DNA of 61,310 nucleotides from Bacteroidales bacterium. Lineage in GTDB: Bacteria > Bacteroidota > Bacteroidia > Bacteroidales > UBA7960. The notes beneath the pieces are model-generated. The model was not told the DNA's origin. It saw nothing but the letters and a program-made list of their open reading frames with translations, and did not search any database. The DNA lies in assembly GCA_007129355.1 (NCBI GenBank), contig SKVR01000219.1, positions 1-61,310 on the forward strand, in the 5' to 3' direction. A program made the position numbers and the translations under genes. Shown piece after piece: positions 26,167 through 36,688 of this stretch. Every line of letters begins with the position of its first letter. Within the stretch, counting starts at the first letter, position 1.

Positions 26167-26802
26167 ATGGAATTAGACTCGCTCAGGAAACTGGTTTTAA
26201 ACAAGCTGAAAAAGGAATTAAATCCTAACCTTTACTATCATAATTACCAGCACACACTGGATGTATGTGAATCGGTTGACAGGCTTGCAGAAATTGAAAA
26301 TGTTAATGGAGAGGACCGTATCCTGCTTCAAACTGCAGCTTTGATGCATGATACAGGGTTTATCTGGAGATATGAAAATAATGAAGAGTTAGCTTGTGAA
26401 TATAGTACAGAAATATTACCTGAGTATAACTACACCCGCGGGCAAGTTGAATATATTGCAAATATGATTATGTCAACACAGATTCCACAAAAACCGCAGG
26501 ATAAGCTTGGGATGATACTTTGTGATGCCGACCTGGATTATATAGGGAGGGGCGACTTTTTCATTACTGCACTCCGGCTGCACCGTGAATGGAGTGAAAA
26601 CAGTAATCATAAAATCACTTTCAGAGATTGGTATTTAAAGCAACAGAACTTTATTTTACAACACGATTACTTTACTGAAGGATCTAAAAAATTGAGAAAC
26701 AGCACAAAACAACATAATTTGTCACAAGTAAAAGAATTATTAAATCTGCTGGATGCAACTTCTGCTGAAAACATTAGTTCACTTTCCGGGGTTCTTAAAT
26801 AA
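26167..26802 (+). CDS. HD domain metal-dependent phosphohydrolase
   Basis: 211 aa with H..HD..D spacing: YHNYQHTLDV, ALMHDTGF, LCDADLDYIGR. Confidence 0.75.
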   Translation: MELDSLRKLVLNKLKKELNPNLYYHNYQHTLDVCESVDRLAEIENVNGEDRILLQTAALMHDTGFIWRYENNEELACEYSTEILPEYNYTRGQVEYIANMIMSTQIPQKPQDKLGMILCDADLDYIGRGDFFITALRLHREWSENSNHKITFRDWYLKQQNFILQHDYFTEGSKKLRNSTKQHNLSQVKELLNLLDATSAENISSLSGVLK

Positions 26803-26903
26803 TTCAAATATTTAAAGAAACTTTATTTAATATTTTTTTGTACTTTGGCACCATGTTAACATGCTGGTAATAATTTACTTCAACACACCAAACGAAACAA
26901 GAA

Positions 26904-27755
26904 ATGAAAAATGAGAATAACAACGTAATTCTTGTTGCTTATGATTTTACAAGCATCGGGGATATAGCCATTGAAAACGCTGCCAAAATGGCTAAACTAC
27001 TTGGTTATAAAATTTGTTTGCTTCATGTTATCAATAATTCCAGTAAAAAAAACCTGAAAAAAGCAAAGCAACCACTGGCATCCTTAAACGAGAAGTTAAA
27101 GACTATTTCTGCATCCATCAGCCAGGAGCATAGTATAGAGGTAGATTTTATAGCAAGAAACGGCAGTATTTTCACCACAATTGCTGATGAAAGCACTAAA
27201 TTAGGTGCCAATTTCCTTGTATTTGGCACGCACGGAAAAAAAGGCATACAGTTTCTGCTTGGCAGTTCTGCTATCAAACTTGTTAAGAGTTGTCCTGTGC
27301 CTGTTTTTGTGGTTCAAAAACCTGCAAAAGAATCAACTTTCAAAGATATTGTTTTTCCCCTTGATCTGCAGCCCGGTTCAAAGCAAAAAGTAAAATGGGC
27401 AATTTCACTTAATAAACAATTCGATTGCAAATTTCACCTGTTTGTAGACGTTTATCCCGATGAATATATTCAAAACAGGATTAGAGCAGATCTTAATCAG
27501 GTAAAAAAAATTCTTGAGAAGCATAATATTCCTTTTACAGAAAACCATTCGCCATCTAAAAATAAATTTGCCTTTAATATTATAAAATTTGCCCAAGATG
27601 TTAAAGCCAATATGATCATGGTTTCTACTGACCCTGATAAAATTACATGGAGCCTTTTCGGATCAACAGACGAAAGGATTATTTACAACCAGCAGAAAAT
27701 ACCCGTAATGTGTATCAATGCGCAGGATCTTCGCGTTATCATAGGAGGTCTGTGA
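26904..27755 (+). CDS. universal stress protein, tandem USP domains
   Basis: 283 aa in two USP-like halves. The first half has the nucleotide-binding-type motif FGTHGKKGIQFLLGSSA and VPVFVV. The second half ends IPVMCI. Confidence 0.8.
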   Translation: MKNENNNVILVAYDFTSIGDIAIENAAKMAKLLGYKICLLHVINNSSKKNLKKAKQPLASLNEKLKTISASISQEHSIEVDFIARNGSIFTTIADESTKLGANFLVFGTHGKKGIQFLLGSSAIKLVKSCPVPVFVVQKPAKESTFKDIVFPLDLQPGSKQKVKWAISLNKQFDCKFHLFVDVYPDEYIQNRIRADLNQVKKILEKHNIPFTENHSPSKNKFAFNIIKFAQDVKANMIMVSTDPDKITWSLFGSTDERIIYNQQKIPVMCINAQDLRVIIGGL

Positions 27756-27786
27756 TTCAGAAAAAACATTCAGTTGTTATTTATAA

Positions 27787-29898
<2,112 letters not shown>

Positions 29899-29902
29899 TC
29901 AT

Positions 29903-30571
29903 TCAATTTATGGCTCTGGCACCCACAATAAGTCCATCTTTAATGGTAAGTTTCCTGTCAGCCATGTTGGCCAGTTCATTGTTGTGAGTAACAATCACAA
30001 ATGTTTGCTCCAGTTGATCCCGCAAATCAAAAAACAGGCGGTGGAGATCTTTTGATGTTTCCGAATCGAGGTTTCCACTGGGCTCATCAGCAAGCACTAC
30101 TGCAGGATCATTGATAAGTGAGCGGGCTACAGCTACACGCTGTTGCTCACCACCGGATAGTTCGCCGGGCTTATGCTCCAGCCTGTCATGTAATCCAAGC
30201 ATATCCAATAATTTTTGGGCTTTTAGAGTAACTTTCGAAGGGGGTTTGTTTCCTATAAAACCCGGGATGCAAACATTTTCAAGGGCAGTAAACTCAGGTA
30301 GGAGATGATGAAACTGAAAAACAAATCCAATATTGTTATTACGAAAAGATGATAGTTGCTTATCGCCCATCCCCTTTAACTCGGTATTATTGATTACCAG
30401 GCTACCGCTATCCGCTTTATCTAAAGTACCAATAATATGCAGCAAGGTAGTTTTACCTGCACCTGATGCACCTACTACCGATACAATTTCCGCTTTTTGT
30501 ATTTCAATATCTATTCCTTTCAACACCTGCAATGTGCCATAGGACTTTTTAATATCTCTTGCTACGATCAT
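29903..30571 (-). CDS. ABC transporter ATP-binding protein (LolD/MacB-type)
   Basis: 222 aa. Walker [10 protein letters not shown], signature [15 protein letters not shown], Walker [13 protein letters not shown]. Confidence 0.9.
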   Translation of the reverse strand: MIVARDIKKSYGTLQVLKGIDIEIQKAEIVSVVGASGAGKTTLLHIIGTLDKADSGSLVINNTELKGMGDKQLSSFRNNNIGFVFQFHHLLPEFTALENVCIPGFIGNKPPSKVTLKAQKLLDMLGLHDRLEHKPGELSGGEQQRVAVARSLINDPAVVLADEPSGNLDSETSKDLHRLFFDLRDQLEQTFVIVTHNNELANMADRKLTIKDGLIVGARAIN

Positions 30572-30582
30572 TTACAAATTAT

Positions 30583-33024
30583 TTAGGTTCTTCTTATCTG
30601 CTGATAATCCAGATAATAAAGAATTTTAAGCGACAAGCTATTGTATTGCGACGAATCCCACAAAAGCCCAAAGTTATCAAAATAATTGCTTACGGCACCT
30701 GATTGCTCATGCAGAATGGAATTTTTCCAAACTACGCTAAGGCTCGAACCCGGAGCAAGAAGCCAGTTAAACACCACATCAATATTAAATGAGTTAAAGT
30801 TAAAATCCCGGTTAGCTGGAAAATGATAATCCTGAGTTTTATCCAATCTGCCATTATTCATCAATGGATAAAAACTACTATACTCCCCTTTGGACCAGTA
30901 TTGCCGGAGTCTGAAGCTCAACGACATATCATTTTTTACAATATAATCGCTGGAAAAAACATTTTCAATGGTAGTTATATCGCGGTTTCCAAAAATCACC
31001 TTACCATCATCCCGGCCTGCAAAGCCGTAATCATTCTGATTAAAGTTCAGCCGAAGGGTATGTGCAAATGAAAAATGATCATTGAACCTGTATCTTGGTG
31101 TTATTCGATAGGCAAGAATGGTATTGTCAAAATCGTTAATACGGTTATAATTAAATTGTAAATCAACAGCAAAAGGTCTGCGATAGTCAGAAGAAACTCC
31201 TGCCCATCCACCCATGCCTTTTGGCCTGATGAAATACATTCCTGAAGCACGGGGTTCATAATAATCATATCGATCACGCGGATGAAAATACAAACGTTGC
31301 CACAGATAAAGATAATCATGTGTGGTGGTGTTGGTTGTGTACTCAACATACATATTTTCAATACCATAGGCATTATAGCGGCCTTGATTTTGAACTCGCA
31401 GACGGTTTCTCCAGTTTCGGACTTTCCAAATGGGATCATAAAAATTATAATGGAGGTCCGCACGATCAGTAATTTCATTGTTGCGATGGGTTATTCCCAT
31501 ATCATTATCATTAAAATCGGGGTTAATGGCAGTGCGGCTCAACAAAACCCGGAAATTACCCCGTATTCTGGCTATTGACGCATTATAGCGTCCTCCCATT
31601 TCAGTATTGAACAGATTACCAATTGAATCGTTTTTATGATAAATCTGGTTAAAAGCCCCTGACACTGAAAACTGAAAAGTATTCGATGGATCAACCAGGG
31701 TTGTTCCGGCACCGGTTACGTTGGCATGCCTGTAACCCCCTCCACGCAAAACATTCGTATTAATTATGAATGCTGAAGAATTATTGGAAAGCGCCTGATC
31801 AAAAACAAGAATATTATAATTTGTAGCAGGACCGGTTTGGATACTCCTGTGGTTTCCAAACTCATCTTCAATAATACCATGGGTATTGCCGGTAATAGCA
31901 TTGAAGAAACCTATTCCAAGCCCGCCGGAAGTCCGGCCTGATAGCTTAAAGGCATTAATTAATTTAGATTGTGATGGATTATCAATGACAATTTCCCCTT
32001 CTTGTGCTTCATAAAAGGTTGCATTATATGAAATGGGTCTCCCTCCTATCCTGCGGGAGTAAAATAAGCCCCCTCTGTTAAAAAGATCCATCGATTCCGT
32101 AAAAAAGGGCCTTTGCTCACCATGTAAGGTTTCAAAAGCAGAAAGGTTTTTTACAAGATTATCCGATGGCACCTGGCTGAAGTCAGGCATAAGTGTCATA
32201 TCAAATGTAAAACTTTCATTGATACCGTATTTCAAATCCATACCCCCGCCAAAACTACTTGAAAAATTACTTATACCATCGATCTGGTGCGGATAATGAT
32301 TGGAATTCAAGGACATATAAGGTGTTAATGATAATCTCAGAGGTGCCTGAATATTACATATTCCTGTCAGCTGTCCCCAATAAATAAGGTTATTGGAGAC
32401 GTCTCTCTGCTCGATGGCCCAATGATTCATCTCCCTGTACCTCCTGATGTTACGATATATTTGCATTCCCCAGGTCTGGCATTCAGTAGATGGAAAACGC
32501 AGGGCCGAATAAGGGATTCGCATTTCAACCGACCAACCCTTCTCATGAATTTTAACTGCACTTTCCCATACTCCGTCATAGGTTCTGTCCTGCCTGCGAA
32601 AATCTCTCTGCACACCCGATGCAGAAACTTCAAAGGTGTAAGCATCCAGCTGGTTATTATAGGTATCCAGTCTGATACCGAAAGCATCTGCGTTAAGGCT
32701 GGAGTTGCGCTGGCCAAGTTGCCTGAGAATACTGTCAGGCGCACTATCATAAAGCATTGCTGCTATATAGATAGCCCTGTCATCGTATAAAATTCTGACT
32801 TCCGTTCTTTGTGACGGGGCCGCATGATAAACCGGGTCGTATTGTGTAAAGTCACTGATCACATCGGCCATACCCCATTCATCAGGGTCAATAATACCAT
32901 CAATTACGGGAGGGTTATCAGTTCTTATTGTTAAGGCTTGCTGGATATGCCGTTTAGTGTCGGCACTACTGTAAAATGGAGCAATAAAAAGTAAAAACAG
33001 AATACAAAACTTTATTCTAAACAT
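30583..33024 (-). CDS. CBM9-like / DUF5916 family outer-membrane-associated protein
   Basis: 813 aa with a signal peptide. The N-terminal IDGIIDPDEWGMADVISDFTQYDP..RAIYIAAMLYD resembles the carbohydrate-binding family 9-like module that precedes DUF5916 in Bacteroidota (from memory). Confidence 0.6.
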   Translation of the reverse strand: MFRIKFCILFLLFIAPFYSSADTKRHIQQALTIRTDNPPVIDGIIDPDEWGMADVISDFTQYDPVYHAAPSQRTEVRILYDDRAIYIAAMLYDSAPDSILRQLGQRNSSLNADAFGIRLDTYNNQLDAYTFEVSASGVQRDFRRQDRTYDGVWESAVKIHEKGWSVEMRIPYSALRFPSTECQTWGMQIYRNIRRYREMNHWAIEQRDVSNNLIYWGQLTGICNIQAPLRLSLTPYMSLNSNHYPHQIDGISNFSSSFGGGMDLKYGINESFTFDMTLMPDFSQVPSDNLVKNLSAFETLHGEQRPFFTESMDLFNRGGLFYSRRIGGRPISYNATFYEAQEGEIVIDNPSQSKLINAFKLSGRTSGGLGIGFFNAITGNTHGIIEDEFGNHRSIQTGPATNYNILVFDQALSNNSSAFIINTNVLRGGGYRHANVTGAGTTLVDPSNTFQFSVSGAFNQIYHKNDSIGNLFNTEMGGRYNASIARIRGNFRVLLSRTAINPDFNDNDMGITHRNNEITDRADLHYNFYDPIWKVRNWRNRLRVQNQGRYNAYGIENMYVEYTTNTTTHDYLYLWQRLYFHPRDRYDYYEPRASGMYFIRPKGMGGWAGVSSDYRRPFAVDLQFNYNRINDFDNTILAYRITPRYRFNDHFSFAHTLRLNFNQNDYGFAGRDDGKVIFGNRDITTIENVFSSDYIVKNDMSLSFRLRQYWSKGEYSSFYPLMNNGRLDKTQDYHFPANRDFNFNSFNIDVVFNWLLAPGSSLSVVWKNSILHEQSGAVSNYFDNFGLLWDSSQYNSLSLKILYYLDYQQIRRT

Positions 33025-33223
33025 TATAGATCAATACTAAAAGATTTTATGTATCATTGAAAAGGCGAAGGATTGCTCCCGGGTTGTTAATCATTAAACA
33101 GGGCGCTAAATTAAAAAAAACCTGATTACTGAAATACAGGAAAACCCGCTTTTAGCTCAACATTAACTTTATTTGGCTAAAGGCGGGTAATCACTATCAA
33201 TATAGAGAGAATAGCTGAGAATA

Positions 33224-33586
33224 TTACTTCTGATCGGAGAATAATTCCGGCCATGAAAACTCATACTCTGGATTGATTTCAGCTTCTTCTTTACTTGATT
33301 GATTTGTTAAGTCATGAGACTCATTCAATGTATCTGTGTAAAAATCATTAAAAATGTTCTCTTCAGGTTTTTGGAAGCGAAAAGGTGATTCAATGGTCTC
33401 TTCAATCTCAATCGGTTTTCTCTGCATTTCAACTTCATTGAATGATATTTCATTTCGCCCGAAATGAAATTGCGTAAGCAGATAAATAGATGCAAAACTT
33501 AAAGAAATACCAGCCAGAGAAAAAATTAAAAGATTTACAGCTCTTTTTAACCTTCCCTGATAATTGTATTCATTCGGATCAGACAT
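33224..33586 (-). CDS. hypothetical single-pass membrane protein
   Basis: 120 aa with one TM helix (VNLLIFSLAGISLSFASIYLL) and an acidic C-terminal tail. Directly downstream of the Omp85-like gene. Confidence 0.4.
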   Translation of the reverse strand: MSDPNEYNYQGRLKRAVNLLIFSLAGISLSFASIYLLTQFHFGRNEISFNEVEMQRKPIEIEETIESPFRFQKPEENIFNDFYTDTLNESHDLTNQSSKEEAEINPEYEFSWPELFSDQK

Positions 33587-33616
33587 AATGAATCCAGATA
33601 TATAAAATTGCAGTTT

Positions 33617-34996
33617 CTAAAAAAGAAAATTAAGGCCGATATACAAACCCCCACCACCATCTCTTTTATCTGCAGGACGGCCATAATCGAGACCCACAAT
33701 AAAGTTCTCATTCATTGCAATTCTGAAACCACCGCCATATGTAATATGCAGTTTTTCTTCATCGGTAAGGAAAAAATCAGCGATGGAGGCATCAACCGAA
33801 AATCCATCTATTTCTGATGGCGAAGGCCGAACAAATTCAATCTCTTTTAAAACCTGACCCACATCAGAAAAAGCATTTAATGCCAGGTAAATATTCTGAT
33901 TAAAAATCACACCACGGTAAAACTTATAACGAAATTCAAAGTTTCCGAAAGCCATGGCATCGCCAACCACTCTGTTTCTAAGCATACCCCTTACAGTTTT
34001 TGAACCACCCATACCATCTGTATTTGACGAAGATGAGAAGGAATTGATCTGATAGGGTTGCATGAAAAATGGTACTTTACCGCTAATGGTACCCTGGTAA
34101 TTCAACCGATAGGCAAAGGAAAGAATATCTTCCACAACAGTAAAATACTGGCGGTGTGTTGCGGAAATTTTTGTATATCCGAAGTCGCCATTTCCAAAAA
34201 ACTCAGGTGCGGTAAATATTACAACTTCTGACCAGATTCCGCTCATGGGATTGGGTTCATTATCCCTGGTATCATATACCACACCCAGCTTAAGATGATT
34301 GGTCCAGCCACCGTTTTTTTCATCATCACCAATGATACCCCATTCTACATATTTTTCGTACAAACTCAAACCAGGTTCATCAGGCAAAAGATCATCATCA
34401 GCTTTACCTTCATTGAGAGCTTCTATGTCAACCACATCAATAGCGTTTCTCAATAGCCCGAAACCGGCCACCCATCGAAGCTCACGACCCTTAATAGGCC
34501 CCTGAAAATCAGTTATAAATCTGAACATCTGGCGTTCATGTCGATAAAACATTCTTGATACATAATCACCATCATCAGAATCTTCCCAGTAATTATTATA
34601 AATGGCATTGTAGCCATTAAAACCGTAAAAATCAATAGCTTTCTCCGTAAAGTAACTCAAATCAGATGTAACCCTTATATTTGGAATCAGGAATTCAGAA
34701 TCGTAAAACAACCGGTTAATACCGCTTCCTTTAGTGTATCTTGAAATTTCGGCATAAATATGATGCCTGTACTTGGGGTAGGTAGTTCCGTCGCCAAAGT
34801 AATACAAACTTACAAGCCCTCCATATTGAAAACCCAAGTCGGTATTATAGGAAATTGCGGGTAGAGCGCCGAAAGTCCATCCGGTTTTTACAGGCTGGGT
34901 GTTCAGGGTATCAGAATTTGCTGTGGATATATGGCCTGAAAAAAAAGAAAAACAAGCCCACACGGCTAACGTTAATATTATGTCTTTACTTTTCAT
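33617..34996 (-). CDS. Omp85/BamA-family outer-membrane protein lacking obvious POTRA repeats
   Basis: 459 aa with a signal peptide. Contains YDTRDNEPNPMSG and GGSKTVRG, with C-terminal ..IGLNFLF typical of bacterial surface antigen (D15) barrels. Confidence 0.65.
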   Translation of the reverse strand: MKSKDIILTLAVWACFSFFSGHISTANSDTLNTQPVKTGWTFGALPAISYNTDLGFQYGGLVSLYYFGDGTTYPKYRHHIYAEISRYTKGSGINRLFYDSEFLIPNIRVTSDLSYFTEKAIDFYGFNGYNAIYNNYWEDSDDGDYVSRMFYRHERQMFRFITDFQGPIKGRELRWVAGFGLLRNAIDVVDIEALNEGKADDDLLPDEPGLSLYEKYVEWGIIGDDEKNGGWTNHLKLGVVYDTRDNEPNPMSGIWSEVVIFTAPEFFGNGDFGYTKISATHRQYFTVVEDILSFAYRLNYQGTISGKVPFFMQPYQINSFSSSSNTDGMGGSKTVRGMLRNRVVGDAMAFGNFEFRYKFYRGVIFNQNIYLALNAFSDVGQVLKEIEFVRPSPSEIDGFSVDASIADFFLTDEEKLHITYGGGFRIAMNENFIVGLDYGRPADKRDGGGGLYIGLNFLF

Positions 34997-35145
34997 AGTT
35001 TTATATTTTGGTTGCTAAAGTTAAAACATTTGGATGTGATTTTTTATATTTTTTTTAGCAATATAAATTCCGGCACATAAATATTCAGCACATCAGATAT
35101 TATGAGGTTTATCGTTTCAACTTCATTTGAAAATCTCATGAATAA

Positions 35146-35673
35146 ATGATATATTGTCATGCAATTTTAAGGTGTATTATGGAATCTCAAAAAAGATCTA
35201 CAACAATTCTTTACAGGCTGGTCGAAGCTTCTGTGGGTTCTTACAGGCAATTCCAGGTAACCTTTTGGGCTCAGCTGATTTTGGGATTTCTATATTCATT
35301 CGGATATTTTGATTCAAGGATTGCAGGATTTGTACTTGGGTTTTTAATGCCATCACTCTGGGTAATTCTTACTTACCGGTATGCATTTATTAAGTCCAGA
35401 GAAAATGTGCGACTGCCATTCCCTATGTGGATGCAAAAAAAACCCGGAAACACACTTATTATTGTAATAGATATTACTTTTCTTGCATTGATATGGACAA
35501 TAATACTCAGCGGACTTTACGAGCCTCTCTGGTTAAAGATCATATTTACCATGATATTTCCTATACTTACACTTTCAATGCTGCGAAATCTGGTTATATT
35601 CCCCTTCCCGAAAAAAGATGATGACACCCAGACTAATCATGAAAGTGAAAGCAGTGACCAAGCAGATGAGTAA
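35146..35673 (+). CDS. hypothetical polytopic membrane protein
   Basis: 175 aa with about four hydrophobic helices. The start is uncertain and an internal ATG at MESQ.. is possible. Confidence 0.45.
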   Translation: MIYCHAILRCIMESQKRSTTILYRLVEASVGSYRQFQVTFWAQLILGFLYSFGYFDSRIAGFVLGFLMPSLWVILTYRYAFIKSRENVRLPFPMWMQKKPGNTLIIVIDITFLALIWTIILSGLYEPLWLKIIFTMIFPILTLSMLRNLVIFPFPKKDDDTQTNHESESSDQADE

Positions 35674-35808
35674 AACATAGGTTCTGTGCTAATTTAAATT
35701 CATTCCACATGTTTTTTTTCCTTTAGTTCCATAATTTTTTACGACTTTTGGGTGAAAAGAATTTCACCGCATATCTTTTAGAAAAATTCAAACTCAAAAT
35801 AAAGACCC

Positions 35809-36630
35809 ATGGAAACTGAAAAGATTTTTAACCGCTTCTGGCTGCCCTACTCAGCCCAGAATCCGTCAGCCAAAAGAATTTACGACCTGTTTTCCCAGCA
35901 AAGGGAAAAAGTAGTACACGATCACATCGCTTTACGCACATTTAATGACCCCCGAATGAATATAGATGTCATTGCAAAAATTTTTACCGATAATGGATAT
36001 GAAGCACGGGGCGAGTATGAGTTTAAGTCAAAGAAAGTATTCGGAAGGCATTTTGAACACAAAACCGACCTCAATGCACCCAAAGCATTTATTAGTGAAT
36101 TGCTCATTGAAGAGTGCAGCTATTATTTACAATCTACCATTAAGAGATACATTGATGATGTGAGTGAAGATGTTTACAAGGACCCTGAGCTTGTTTTTAA
36201 AGGAAGCATTTGGGGGCGCATACCGTTTGAAACTTACAATAAGTTAAGAGAAGAGTCGGAGTATGCAGCCTGGCTGCTGGTTTACGGTTTCCGTGCGAAT
36301 CATTTTGCCATCAAAGTAAATGAGCTTAAAAATTTCAAAAAGCTTCAGGATGTAAATGCATTTGTAAAAAGCAATGGTTATATTATGAATACCGCAGCTG
36401 GAGAAATTTACGGTACTCCTGAAGAGCTTCTTGAGCAATCAGCAACAAAGGCAGAGATAATGCCCTTTGAATTTACCGATGGCACCTTTGAAATTCCGTC
36501 TTGTTTCTATGAATTTACACTTCGTTATAATGATGAAAATGGCAAACAATATTCAGGTTTCATTGCTGCCAATGCTGATAAAATTTTTGAAAGCACCAAC
36601 TATTATAAGAAACAGGCGGATATGATGTGA
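35809..36630 (+). CDS. DUF1338 family protein (2-oxoadipate dioxygenase/decarboxylase HglS-like)
   Basis: 273 aa. Contains HDHIALRTF, ANHFAIKV, YEFTLRY and NADKIFEST, which match the His/His/Glu metal-site context I remember for DUF1338/HglS. Confidence 0.75.
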   Translation: METEKIFNRFWLPYSAQNPSAKRIYDLFSQQREKVVHDHIALRTFNDPRMNIDVIAKIFTDNGYEARGEYEFKSKKVFGRHFEHKTDLNAPKAFISELLIEECSYYLQSTIKRYIDDVSEDVYKDPELVFKGSIWGRIPFETYNKLREESEYAAWLLVYGFRANHFAIKVNELKNFKKLQDVNAFVKSNGYIMNTAAGEIYGTPEELLEQSATKAEIMPFEFTDGTFEIPSCFYEFTLRYNDENGKQYSGFIAANADKIFESTNYYKKQADMM

Positions 36631-36688
36631 GAAAGTTTAAAGTTTAGAGCTTTTAGTTATTGTATAAGTATTATGTCTTAAATAATTT

